Notes: generated by a model not told the origin, from the letters alone. A DNA stretch of 64,000 nt from Chlorokybus atmophyticus (GCA_009103225.1 RHPI01002204.1:310001-374000); one strand, 5' to 3'. Numbered from the stretch's first letter, positions 48,080 to 61,244 are shown. Numbers and translations: made by a program.

Positions 48080-50451
48080 CCTTGCACACGAATTCCGCGA
48101 TCGTTGTTCCTCGATCCAGTAACATCGTAAATGGTCACTTCATAAGTGCCATCATCGATGGGTCGCGACTTGCCTAATGGCAGTCGCGCCGACGTTTAGT
48201 CCTGCCGCGCCGACGTTCAGTCGGCGCGGCAGGACGCGACCTGCCTGTCGCGATGCGACCTGTGGGGCCGGCAGCGGTGCGCTATGCGCGCGTTGACCGG
48301 TTTGGGCCTAAATTAGCCGGTCCTTGGCCGTGGGGCCGGTGACCGACCCTAACAAACCCCTGGGATAATCCCCCAGCTGAGCGGGCAGCTGCCGAGGACG
48401 TCAGCGTTTTTAAGTGGGGGGGAATGTAACGGGAAGGTACATTAAATTACCACAAATCGACCATAAAAGCACCAAGCCTTTTTTGGTCGAGCGGGCTGTG
48501 ACAATCATGCACGCCCTACTGTACTGCATTTGCACCAATAATGATCAAGACCATGCATGCCATACGGTCCTACATTCGCACCAACAACAATCAAGACCAT
48601 GCACGCCATATCATTTCACATTCGCACCGAGCATGGTCATGATCACGCGTGCAATACTGTCCCGCATCCACACCAACCAAGGTCATAACCACGCACGCCA
48701 TACCAACCTGCATCCACACTAGTTATGGTTATTGTGTAGACCTGCCATAAATGCACACCAAGTCTAGTTGCATATTCACGGCCAGTGTGGCAGCAATACC
48801 GTGTGACACATCAGTCTTATGAGATGCTAGAACAGTCCATAATGGCCTATACACATCATGATGTTTGCTGTTGGCTGTGGCCATACATGGTGTATGCACA
48901 CATTAATGGCATTGTACTTGAATGGCATTGTGACAAAGTAGTTATCAACATTGGCATGGCACAATTAACCATTAAAATGGTACAACCGTACCATGAATCA
49001 ATTTACATAATACGGTTGTGCCATTCAAGCCATGACAACACCATGGCTTGAATGGGAATGAGACTGAGTTGCTTGCGTATGTATCATTCGGGTGATATAT
49101 CGCCAACAAGTTGTTGGCAACAGCAGTCAGGCAAAACCCTTTTGCTTATACGGTGGACGGCCGTTGATAAGTTGTACCCACTTTAAAACGGCAAAGGGGT
49201 TTTTTTATTATCGATAGGGTCGTAGCTTGCCAACTATTGGCAAGCAAAGGTTATGTGGCGTACCATTGGCATGCCGTTAACCGTTGTCCACAACGTTGCA
49301 CTGCAATAACATGTAAGATACCATTGGATTAATGGCTAATTGTAAGCATTTAGTAACCATTGATGGGCATGACACGCTGACCGTTTGCAGCAATCCACGT
49401 TTGCCGCCGGCGGATCCTACAACCCATTTATGGATTCATCCATCCTGCTTGATCAACGTCAAGCACCCATCATTGGTAGTTCCTCACTCCTAATCCGTCA
49501 TGCTAAAAGATTTGCGACATAACCGGTACGGGTCTTATCTAGACGCAACTTCCGTATATGGAACATGACAGTGAGTACAACAGGACAACCATGTTCTTAA
49601 CTACATAGTGTTTTGCATTGCTTTGTTTATTATATAGCCAGTCCGACATGTCATGCGGATTGTCTTCGCCTATTAGCCTTCATCGAGTATGCCTACATCC
49701 AAACCCTCGTTCAGCCTATCGGCATGAGGACTCACGCGCGTCACTAGTGAATAGGTAGGTTATGACTATAGCCTGCATAGGCACCGCGCGTAATCTAATC
49801 AGTTGTGCGTTTGGTTAGAAGTTGTGTTCTATATCAAGTGGGGGTGTCTTTGCAAATAGCATGGATATCACCGTTAGCTTATGTTCCGAATAGTCATAAT
49901 TGAATTTGTATAAGTAGTAAGTCGTGGTATTTACCGGATCAGCAGTGGTGACATTGTGAGCGAGAAAGCTAAGAGCTTGTGAAGCGACTTGAACTGCGAA
50001 CATGCCGTCCCGGTTACCAAGATCCCCTCACCGTGTGAGAGCCTGCATGCTCGTGTGCACCGTGCTTGTCATTGCTGTGGACTTGATGTGCTTAATTGCG
50101 GTGTGCTTGGTGGCATTGGTAAGGGCATAGCATCCACGTGTTGCTTGCTCATTCACCTTACTTAACAGTGTAACACATTTTGCACTCGTGCAAAGAACTG
50201 TGTAAACAGCACTACCTTCAGTAGTGGCTTGTTGACTCACAATGTCACCCTCTTTGCTCAAATGAGTATGGTTGCATTCTGCACATCAGAAGTGCAGCTT
50301 GCAATTGGATGCATCCTCGTGCATAATTATCACTGTCATCATCACATAGTGCGCACAAGCACTAGTGCGTTAGAGTGGTCGCAGCATTGGGATAGCTTTA
50401 TAGAGCACAAACATTCTACCCTTCATACACATCCACTATCGCATCAGCTGT

Positions 50452-53400
50452 ATGAGCAGGCCCACCCCGTTCTCGCCAATAGACGAGGGGGACCTCAGCA
50501 GCTGGAGCCCAACCTCCAACCTCACCTACGAGCGAGCAAGTGAAGGAAGCAGTTACCGTAGCAGCAGAGGCTCTCACCACGTCTCCGGCTTTACAATCTT
50601 CCACTTCACTTCTCGCCATCCAGGTAATCCACCTCTTTCGGACAGTGACGACGAAGAGATGGAGCCTTCCTAGCTCAACCACCTCCTTGCGCACCTCCGA
50701 AGGTGCAGGGACCACTTGATGAGTTCATCATATAGTTCCAATCCAAGATGCGGCAGTAAGCCCTCTGAAACAAGGACCGGTCAGATGAGGTGTCATTCCA
50801 TATTATGGCTCACTACCTTCATCAGGCACACGATGTGTGGAAGTCCATTGCTGAGCTGCACAGAGTTGATGGCTATGGCGAGCCTTGCCAGCACCATAGC
50901 ACCTGCATCGACGCACAGCCCAGCAGCTGCTGCCCCAACAGCAGTGGTCCCTCCAACCCCGGTCACAGGGCGGGCGTTAGCTGCAGCTATGCAACAGGCG
51001 GAGGACGAAGAAGTCGAGCTGGTTGCCTTGCTAACACCTGCAGAGGTCGAGGTCAGAAAGGCCTACCGACGGACCATAGTGCAAAACCGCACCGCTGCTA
51101 GCATCGAGGCTCAGCGAGCTGAACAACAAGCTGCAGCCTTGGAGACGGGGACACCAGTACCACCAACACCTGGCTTAAACTCCGGCAAGAGGCAGCCTTC
51201 TCACACTTGGCTTTGTGGTGTTGCGCACACCAGCCATCACCATTGGTGCTATTATGTCGGACTCCTCGCAAGGACTTGTACGCTGCACTGCGGCGTACCT
51301 TCCCACCCCAGACCGCCAGCAAGATGAAAGAGTTGAGACGCTTTCGTCGGAAGCCCAACGAGGACCCTCTTCGGCTGTATTCGTGGCTGGAAGGACTACT
51401 TAAGGACATTGACTACAAGATCGTCATTGAGGAGGCAGCCGCAGTGGTGTACGTGGTTGAGTTGGACCCAACCTTGAGTGAGCGGACGCGCTTGACACCG
51501 AACTATAGTAGATCCCTCGGCTACACCCTCAAGGAAGCTTTCGAGACTGCACAAGCCATTCACAAGCGTGCGGTGTATGAGAAGGCAGTCTTGGACACCA
51601 ACCGAAGCGCCTCACGTCCCATGGCAAGCACGAGTGCTGAGGCCCCTCGACGAGACCGCAGTCGGGATGCTCCAGTCACGCGCAACAAGGACAAATGGTC
51701 AGCTCATGCTGCCCTTATCGCTCCAGTGCTGTGCCATCGGTGTGGTCACTATGAGCACTACTAAAAGGAGTGCACCGAAGATTATGGCAACCTTGTGTGC
51801 GACTACTGCCACAACACCGCACACTTGGAGGCGGTATGCTGGTTTAGATTCCCAGAGCTGCGGCCCTCTATTGGCTACAACAACAGCAACAACGCTGGTG
51901 GCTATTGCAGCAACAACAACAACAACAACAGCGGGGGCTACAACAATGGCAACAACGCTGGTAGTTACAACAACGGCAACAACGCTGCCGGCGCTCGAAA
52001 AAAGGAGACTGGCTACAGAGGGATCAACCGCCCTCTACAGCGCAAGGGACCCGAGGGACGTCCTCGCGCTGGAGCTGCTGTCAAAGCATCAGTTCACTTG
52101 CTGTCGATCAAATCGCGACCCTCATAGCACGAGTGGCCCAGCTGGAAGAAAACAAGGAGCAAAAGTATTAAGCCTGCTACGTTGCCCGATGGGCATTGAT
52201 GGCACCGAAGCGCGAAAGAGACACCCCCACGCCTTCGCGTGTTCAACCATGAAGACGTGCGCGCGGTAGCAGCTACTGAGCGCGGTATGCCTGCAGCCCA
52301 TGCCATAGTGTCACCACTGGACCGATGTGGACACAGAGCCCACAGCCACGTGGAAAGGGACATTAGTCAGAGAGGCAGCTCATGCTGTCCAATGGACCTA
52401 CGCCGCAGAGCAAGCAAAACGCGATGCAGGCCCGCAAACACCGGGTTTGCCGGGCTTTCCTCCACAACCATTAGGGATGCCGCCAAGCATCATGCCACCC
52501 TCTCTGCGGCGGCATCCACCATCACCTCCAGCACAGCCAGCACCAGAACCCCTAGCGCAAAGGCCTCCCCGTGTACCAACCACCACGACAAGCTCAATTT
52601 GGCAGAGGGCGAGGATAAGGAGGGGGTCCTCAAGACCCAGCTGGCAAATGAGCTTTGGCTGCGATGCACTCAGCACCTCCAGCTGGGAGACATGAGGCAC
52701 CGGTGCCGACAGCTTGCACTAAGAGGCTACGCATCAACGCCAACGCTGCCATGGTAGCCAACCAAGGCAAGCATGTGACCATCAACGGCCAAGCACCCAA
52801 GCGGGTGAAACTGGACACCGGAGCACAGGCAGTCATCATTGGGCGCTTCCTCGCGCGGTCCCTTAGCATCACCAGCTTGGATCTAATGCCCTGCCTATAC
52901 GTATTAGACACAACGGGGAGCCATGACAAGGTGATGGGGGGGGTCACCAAGGAGGCCTTCTGCATTCAGCTAATATGGCTGGACCCAACTCACACCACAG
53001 AGGTCGTTCAGCAATGCGTGGTCACCAACGCTGGCTCTTTCGATTTTCTTCTTAGACAGGACTTCAACTTCCCCGTGGGCATGGGCCTTAACTGCTGGAC
53101 ACAGCGGGCTTGGTTCCGGCCACATTGGGATAAAGATGATGGAGAGGTGCAGGGCTTCTTGCCTTTCAAGTTGGTGTCACGCACGCGCGCCCAGCTGAAA
53201 GTGGCAGCAGCAGCCATTGGCAGTCATGTGCGCACACGGGAGGTTGCATCAGCCACATATAACAGCGCCCGCACAAGAGTTATTGCCGTTGCCGCAGCCG
53301 CTTGCCGCATAGACGACTCCGCTCCCATTCCTTACACTGAGGAACAGGAGGATGCCACTATTGAGGTGGCATTACAAGACCCGGCCGAACGCCGTTGGCG

Positions 53401-54670
53401 TGCACAGGTGGACGCGCACCTTTTACTGACCCAGCCACTTATCACTTCGCGCTTCGACAACTACAAGGGACACGGCAAGGTGCAAGACCAGCATATGGTA
53501 GCCACCGGAGTTGTGGAGTTTTTTACCTTTCAGCGGCAGCAGAGCATCACGGTGTTGAAACTATTCGAAGGCATTGGCAGTGGTGTCGCTACGGTCCTCA
53601 ATACAGGTGTTAAAGTCACCAGGTATTATTATTATTGCGACTGTAACCCGCACGCTCAAACAGCCCTTAAGCACCATCTGAGTCAACTGCACGAGCGCTA
53701 CCCACAACAATTGCCCTCGTCGGCACTGCAAGGCAGCCTCAAGACATTGCCACTAGACATCCAACTGATCACAAAGGACCACTTGCTGTCCCTCGGCAAC
53801 TTTAATCTGTTGGTAGCTGGATGGGAGTGCCAAGGACACTTCAGGGCAGGATAAGGATAAGGCCTCAACGACCCTCGCTCAGGTCTGTTTTGGGAGTTGA
53901 TGAAAGTCATCCACCTCCTCTAATAGCATAAGATCTCCAGGCCACTAGGGAACGTTATCAAAAACGTGCACTTAAAGGGCGACAAGCGTCCCCATGTAGC
54001 CTCCACCTACCGGCAGGTTGAGGCCATGCTTGTGCATCCACTTAAGGTGAACGCAGTGCGCCATGGTTGCCGTGCACATCGTGTGCGCGTCAAGTGGACA
54101 AACTTGGCCACCACAGAAGAGCTAATGACAGCAGAGTACACGCGCAGCACACGGCCACGCAACCTCGTGGTCAATGACATCCTTGACCCCGATTGTAAAG
54201 CCCAACCTGTCATGCGTCTTGACCACAGCCACTCCTACCAGTGTAAACAACCTGGCCAAACGCGTACTTCCCACTTTGGTGTCCCACCCAGGGTCATCCC
54301 TTCCACAATGGAGGCGATGGCATGGTGTTCGACACCACGACGGGCAAGATGAAAGAATCTAGTGCACGTGAGCGCAAGCGCGCCAGGGGCTTCTTTCCCA
54401 ACAATATCGCAGGGAAACCGCTGACCGACAATCAGCAATGTGAGCTGCTCGGCCGTGCCATGAACCAAAGCAGCATGGTCTGCTTGAGCTGAGTTTTGTG
54501 TTGTAGGACCGCCATGTGTTCTTCGAGGATCTCAAACACCTGGCTGAGGAGTGGGCTGATCGCGATGCAGATACCAAGGCAGCTCACACAGCCCTTGAGG
54601 TGGCTCACAGAGAAGAGCAAGCAGCAATGATAGTAGAAGACATCCCCGTGGTTGCCAACGCAACTGTTAA
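50452..54670 (+). mobile_element. decayed Gypsy-like retroelement: gag-protease-C5 DNA methyltransferase, truncated before RT
   Basis: Gag-like region with CHRCGHYEH..EC and CDYCHNTAHLEAVC knuckles, Asn/Gly repeat, protease KLDTGA..FDFLL, then methyltransferase motifs in the same strand and order. No LTR pair is identifiable. Confidence 0.8.
53546..54490 (+). pseudogene. retroelement-borne C5 cytosine methyltransferase domain
   Basis: VLKLFEGIGSG (motif I), LVAGWECQGH.RAG (IV), GLNDPRSGLFWE, IKNV (VI, ENV mutated), AHRVRVKWTNL (VIII) and ERKRARGF..CELLGRAM (IX/X). Several stops and frameshifts. Confidence 0.88.
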
Positions 54671-54939
54671 ACACTGAGCTAGAGGTGGCCAACTACAGCA
54701 TACACATGCACCGGAACATACACATAAGGCTTGCAAAGGGGTTTCACCAGGGGTTTCATCAAGGCTCCTGTCGAGGTGCTCTGTCTCACTTGTTAAACAC
54801 TGAGCTAGCGCTGGCCAACTACAGCATACACATGCACTAGAACATACACACAAGGCGTGCACACAAGGCTTGCAAAGGGGTTTCACCCGAACCAACAACT
54901 TGTTAATGCTGTTGGCTTTGATATCAGCCCGACTACACA

Positions 54940-57730
54940 TGTCTACTTTAGCAAGCACCGCGTGAGCTATACTCAGCTGATTGCCAATATGTAAGCTTAG
55001 CTCTCTAGCTTACAGCCAAAGCTTTCCAACAAGCTAAGCCACGTCTTTCAAGGCTAAGTATACGCGGAGTTCTCGCCGTTCTCCTAAGGCGTTGGCTGCG
55101 TCAGGCTGCGCCAGTCTCATGAGCAAGTCCGGAGTCTCCTGCTTGGTCATACTTCGCGTAGTGGACTCGATATCCGCTCAGACTCTTGACTGATCGATAT
55201 CAGCTCATACTAGTAGCAGTATCTCTAAGGCTCATGCCTTAGCCAATTCACAAGCTGACTGGAGTGAGCAGTGTGCAAGACATGCTCATGCTAACACTCC
55301 CACGCAGGCAGCTTAGTAGACTCTAAGTCCTACAGTGCAGTCATGGAACTTCTTCGTCACGAAAGGCTTGGTCATGCAGTTAGCCAGGATCTCCTCCGTG
55401 TTGCAGTACTTGAACGCCACCTCGTTCCTTACCACACGCTCACACACAAAGTGGTGAATCACGTCAATGTGCTTTTACCGGACTGAAGCAATCGGTTGCT
55501 TTAACAGCTTGATTGCGCCTTGGTTGTCGCAGTTGATGCTGATGCAGCTTACAGGGTAGCATAAGTCCACCATCAGCTTCTTCAACCACAATGCCTCCTT
55601 CATTGCCGATGAGGCAGCCATGTACTCCGCCTCTGCTATCGAGGCAGCCACGGTAGGTTGCAGCTTATTGTTCCAACTAACAACTCCACCATTGATCAGG
55701 AACACGTATCCAATAGTTGACCTCCTCGTGTCGAGGTCCCCAGCGTAGTCAGCGTCACAGTAGCCCTCCAACTCCTTGTCTCCAGCACCAGCTCCCTCTC
55801 CAAAGTGAATGCCCACGCTTGTGCTCCCCTCACATAACGCAGCAACTCCTTTGCAGCTCTCCAATGCTCCATGGTGGGTGCTAACAGTGTAGCGTGAAAG
55901 CACTCCCACAGCATGTGCGATGTCTGGCCTAGTGCTCACGGACATGTAAAGCATACTCCCAACCAACTCACAGTAAGGGAACTTGCTGCTTCTGTCGAGG
56001 TGCTCTGTCTCACTCATTGCTCGCTGCAGCTTGGCTCCCACGGACATGGGTATCACCTTGTCTTTGGCGTCTCCCATCGTAAAGTTCTCCACAACCCTTC
56101 ACGCCATCAACTCCTGGCTAATCTTGGCTGTCTTGTTGTCTTTGTCCCTCTCAATCACCATGCTCGGAAACAGCTTTGCCTCTCCTAAGTCCCTCATGTT
56201 GCAGGCAGACTTGAGAGTTGTCTTCACCTCCTCCAAATCCTTCAGCTTCTTCGCAGCAGCCATAATGTCGTCGACGTAGACCAACAGCAAGATCTTCTTC
56301 TCCTTGTGCGTGAAGAGTCCAGGATCAGCTTCAGAAGGTGTGAAGCCAATCTTCTTCTCCAACTCCTTGGTGAGCCGGATGTGCCATAAACTTTGCGCTT
56401 GCTTAAGCCCATACAATGCCTTTACAAGTCTGCAAGCAGTGCCTGGTCCTCCCTCCTCATAGCCCTTGGGTTGCTGCATGTAGATCTCCTCCTCCAACTC
56501 TTCGTAGAGGAATGCAGTCTTCACATCCAAGTGGTGTAGCTCCCAATCTTCAGCTACCACAAGTGCAAACGTGGTGCGAAAGGTTACAAGCTTACTAGCA
56601 GGGGCGAACACCTCATCAAAGTCAATGCCCTCTTGCTGCAAGTACCCCTTCACCACCAATCGTGCCTTGTATCTCTCGATGCGGCCTTGCCCATTGCGCT
56701 TGATCTTGGACACCCATTTCACCGGTAAGAGCTTCACTTCAAATGGGACCTTCTCCAGCCTCCATGTGCCGTTGGCATGCAAGGATGCTATCTCCTCGTC
56801 CATTGCATGCTGCCCCAGCTCTGTGTCTAGGACTGTCATTGCCTCCTCATATGTGGTAGGCTCCTCCTCCTTGGATGATGCTGCCAAGCTTTTGAAGCGT
56901 TCTTCCTTAAGTCCCGTGCTCCTCAGCATGTACCTGGGCTCCTCCTGGACCTCCACAGCTTCTTCCTCCGAAGCTTGTTGCTGACTGACGGCTGGTGTCT
57001 GTAGTTTGGTCCTCAGGGTGCGATATGTTGATTGGTGACTCCTCCATGTTGGGGTCCTCCTCCTCAACAACCTTTGGGACATCACCTGTGATGCCTTCCT
57101 CCACAAAAATTACATCCCTACTCACCACCACGTTGTTGTCTTCCAGTAGCACGCGGTAGGCCTTTGAGTTGAACTCATAGCCAATGAACACGCCCTTCTT
57201 GCTCTTGGGCGCCAGCTTCTTTTGCAGCTGCTTGGGGATAAGATTATACGGTGTAGAGCTGAAAACCTTTAACATAGAGATGTCTGGCCTTTGCTTGGTA
57301 AAAAGCTCCCACGGTTTCTTCGATGGAGATGCTTCCACTGAACGATTGCGCGCATACGCTGCAGTAAGCAATGCATCTCCCCACCTATGGTCTTGCATTT
57401 TTGCCACCCACCAGTCCACCAGCATTGCTCTGACTTTCTCCAACATGGTTCTGTTAAGCCTCTCAGCTGCTCCGTTCTGCTGCGGGGTGTAGGGTGCCGT
57501 GTATCGGTGCGTAATCCCGTGCTCGGCCAATCAGGTCTTCAGCTCCTTGCTGATGTATTCTCCACCTCTATCTGATCGCACTGTTACCACCTTCTTTTCT
57601 AACTGTTTCTCCATCAGGGTGAGTACCTTCCTCAGCTGTGCCGACACTTCCGACTTCAAATGCAGGGGCACCACCACCGCAACCTTGCTGTAGTCACCCA
57701 GGAATGTACAAAAATACCTGTACCTTCAGC
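54940..57730 (-). mobile_element. Ty1/Copia (Copia-2): 3' LTR, RNase H, RT and part of integrase; cut at ~57730
   Basis: RSDRGGEY, YTPQQNGAAER, RYKARLVVKGY, DVKTAFL, YVDDI, DADYAGD, KHIDVIHHF. PPT GCGTGGGAG precedes the LTR at 54940-55296. Confidence 0.92.
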
Positions 57731-57739
57731 AGTTCCAAC

Positions 57740-58470
57740 AGGCAGTGGTCCGCATACATCAGAGTGTACCAGCTGCAGAGGCTTGGTTGTCACACTCTGT
57801 CACACGGATTGACGTTCAAGGATCAGGTATGGTCTTTTCACGGACCCCCAGGACCATGCATGGTCCGTATCCCGCGGGCCAGGACTGCCTGGTCCGCGGG
57901 GGACGGACCATGCATGGTCCGTTCGGGGTCCCGAATCCTAGTGCGCAGTCACGCACCAGATGTGGTGCGTGGCTGGACCAGACATATTACCGGTCCTACT
58001 GGCCGCGAAAGACTGGACCATACACGGTCTGCAGCCGGACCAGGCATATTGCCGGTGCGACTGTCAATGGGTGTACGGACCATGCGTGGTCTGGACCACA
58101 ACAATGTCGGACCATATGTGTTGCGGTGAATGAAATCGATGGGACTGGTCCGAACCACATTGATTGGGCGGACCGTTGCTGGTGCACGCTCAGCTTATCG
58201 GTCATTTTGGACAAGCAGCACGCACCATACATGGTCTGCCGCCTTAACAAGCTCTTACTGGTCCAAATGCTAACAAGTTGTGGACCATTCATGGTCCTTA
58301 AGCTAACCAGGCAGCTATTGGTCCAAATTGTCGTATACTTGCGGACCGTATATGGTCCTTGACTTAACCAAGCTCTTCCTGGTCCGAAGGTCTGGGAGAG
58401 TACGGACCATGCGTGGTTCTAGGTTGGTCCGCAGAACAGTGATTGGGACCATCGCTGATGCACGCTCAGC
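57740..58470. repeat. array of palindromic GGACCATRCRTGGTCC-type motifs
   Basis: About 7-8 full palindromes (e.g. 57851, 57906, 58281, 58343) interspersed with GGACC/GGTCC half-sites, beginning where Copia-2 breaks. Confidence 0.85.
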
Positions 58471-58789
58471 TCCTTGACAGTCGCACCATGCATGATGCGA
58501 CTGTCAAGGGTAAGTCTTCATGGCAGCCTCTAGTAACCGTCGATCCAAGCTTATCGAACGGTGTGCAGTTACTCCATAGAGTCAAGCACCTTGCATGGTG
58601 CGACTGTCAACTCACGTGCATGGGCTCAGAGTACCGTGGTTTGTGCAGTAGGGTTTTACCGCTCAGTGAGGTGGCGCCGGCGGAGGGAGCAGGCGGCGGC
58701 GCTCTTGTTGGTGGCGGCGGCGGCGGCCTCTTAGCGGTGTACTTAGTGGCGGAATGCTGGCGTAATATCAATGGCAGGCAAAAAAGCTG

Positions 58790-59473
58790 TCAAGTTTGCC
58801 AGGGACATTAGTACCAAGCTGGGAATCAACTTGCATGGCGTTGGGCTCACGTTGTTGCCCGTGTACGGAATTGATGTAAGCTGCCACATTGCCAGTGCGG
58901 GGGTGGCCATCGATAACAACCTGATATTTGTAGGGGTTTTTTGGCGGGAACAGGTTGACGTGATATCGTCTGTGGTGTTGAAAGCCGGTTGTTAGCTGGC
59001 AACTGCGGAAGACATCCCGCTGCTCCTGGTATGTGAACCATTTGCCGTCGTATGGCATCAGGTACTCCTCTGCAAAGTTGCACACAGGTCATCAGTTATA
59101 AGCACAGGTGTATACACAAACACATCGCGTATACACGTGCACGCACCATTCGCTATGTCCTGGCGGGCAAACAGTCCCCGTCCAACACCAATGATTGTGG
59201 AGTTCTTGATCTCCCAGTCGTGCAGGTGATACTTGAACTCCTCTTTGACCGGAATGCTTGTGGATGCTTTCACATCCTTCAAATAGTTCAGCCGCCACAG
59301 CTGGTGCTTGTCTCCAGCTCCACGATGGATGAGCTTCAGGTTGGGAATCTCATTGTCAGTCTGTTTGAAGCAGTGGTCAGTTGCAATGCTTTGAGAGCCA
59401 CACAGATGACAGTCTTGCTTGACAGTCCTCAACACTCATGACAGATGACAGTCTTGCTTGACAGTTCTCTAAG

Positions 59474-59507
<34 letters not shown>

Positions 59508-59749
59508 AATTCACGACATATGCTTACCCTCAAGATGTCGTCCGACAGGTTGGGTGGCTGTGTGGTGCCCGTGGAACTGTAGCGTTTCACTTCAAACCTC
59601 TGCATCTCATAAAGAGCTGCACGGAACTCTTCTTTGGGATCCACCGCAGGTCCTTTGCCGCGTTGCTGTGCGGAGGATTTACGCAATGATGGACTTGTTG
59701 AGACATCTGCAGTCTCCTCCGAGTCTGCCTCCTCGCTTCCTTCCGGCTT

Positions 59750-59800
<51 letters not shown>

Positions 59801-61000
59801 CTCCGTTTGCTCCTCTTCCACCTCCAACTGCGTATTGCGAGGCCAAAAGATATATTGCCTTGACAGCCGTCCCGCTTCGTCCCACAGTTCTTGCGTTTGT
59901 AACCTTGGGTAAGTAAGAATGCCGCGATAATTGGTGTACAAATGCACTCACCCATCCTGGGATGGCCATGACTTTTGCCATTTTGTAGTACTTCAGCACC
60001 GCGACATGTGGGTGAGGGTGGGCCGGGAATTGATCCTTCTGCAATACGCTGCTGGTGAGTTTCTCATGCAATGGGACATGTTACGCAAATGTAAGTTGAT
60101 AACTAGGCTGATAGAACAAATTAACATCATGCATAGCAAGTGACATGCACAGGATCCCAGCAGCGACTGTCAATGCGATGCGCGATGCCTTAGCACAGAG
60201 CATTGACAGCCTATGCATGTCGTAAACAATCTTAATTGTTGAACGTTCTTACCTTGATGACTTGCTGGTATTGAAGCCCCATAGCCTTGCACACATCCTG
60301 GTCCTCCCTACCGCCCCGGTTGTTGATCATGCGCACGCATCGGCACACCTGCGTGTTGAAGTGCTGTCCGATTTTGGTGGGCTTGGTCTCTCCCCCAGTT
60401 GGTTGACCCCTTGCATCACGGTGACCAGCTTGCACATTGCATGCAGAATGGGCAGCCCCAAATAAACGGCGCCCCTGTGGACGCCCGCCTTCGTTCCATG
60501 ATGTCCAACTGCCTGGCAATCCTTCTCCTAGCGACTGTCTTGTACAACTCCTCACAGCTCCGCACACCTCTCCTCGCTTCACCCTGCGCCCTGAGCTACA
60601 CCCACACCCACAACCACAACCACCACAACCACCACAACCACAACAATAGCAAACTATACTAGGGAGACCATGCAATGGCTATATACGCCGCCAACCTCCC
60701 GTCCAATCTATGATGTCCCATCAATGACAGCCGCCAAGTTGGTGAGTCCCTAGCCCTACCACTGCTAACCCTTAACAGCCGCCTTATAAATTCTACGCAA
60801 TTTGTTGCTAGCAGTGCGTTTGGCGTCGATTCGACGTCCAATAAATGACAACCCCCAGATATAAGGTGAGTATAGGGATTGACAGCCGCGTCGCTAGCTT
60901 TGTGAGTTTCATTGACTGTGTCGCACTGCATTTGGCACTGCACAATTGCGGCTTGTGCGGCGGTCACAATGCTTGTGCGGCTCGTGCGACTGTCCATATG
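58790..61000 (-). pseudogene. multi-exon gene ending in a SET domain (lysine methyltransferase-like), decayed
   Basis: Removing intron 59070-59146 gives WEIKNSTIIGVGRGLFARQDIANEEYLMPYDG..IDGHPRTGNVAAYINSVHG..EPNA. Upstream exons include a poly-Q tract (~59750-59795). The post-SET C-terminus is not recoverable. Confidence 0.75.
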
Positions 61001-61244
61001 GAACACAGTAGGACTTGACAGTCCTAGTCAGTGAGTAGTGAGTTCGCTTGCGAGTTTGCATGCGCCATGGTTGTGTGTTGCTTGAAAAATTGCATTAGTC
61101 GTTTGTGGTTTGCTGCTTGAGCTGTCAGCGCTTACCTAAAAGGTGTTTGTTTTGCTTTGAAGCTTGCATGCCTTGTTGATTGTGCGCTGAGTCACTGTCT
61201 GTGCACTAAGTTCGGTTGCTTGTTCAGGCTGTTCAGCTGACATT

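Larger units (their letters stand above)
42525..48503 (+). mobile_element. TRIM-like non-autonomous LTR element (78/79-bp LTRs), interrupted by a Gypsy
   Basis: LTRs 42525-42602 and 48425-48503 (TGTAAC..GTGACA). 5-bp TSD ATCAT. TGG-starting PBS-like site 1 nt after LTR1. PPT AAGTGGGGGGGAA before LTR2. Non-coding internal region of ~380 bp once the Gypsy is removed. Confidence 0.85.

Noticed and set aside
49649-49953. Candidate 5' LTR of the DNMT retroelement (TGTCA..TGACA)
   Set aside because: No partner LTR, no convincing PBS, and an internal PPT-like tract suggests a different decayed element.
57740-58470. CRISPR-like appearance of the palindromic array
   Set aside because: Repeats are degenerate and irregularly spaced, there are no cas genes, and the context is eukaryotic.
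59476-59506. 31-nt G homopolymer as a G-quadruplex element
   Set aside because: It sits beside a local 24-bp duplication and may be an assembly artefact; nothing supports a function.
59554-59916. Poly-Cys and poly-Ala ORFs on the plus strand
   Set aside because: These are antisense or alternative-frame reads of the CAG/CAA poly-Q tract.
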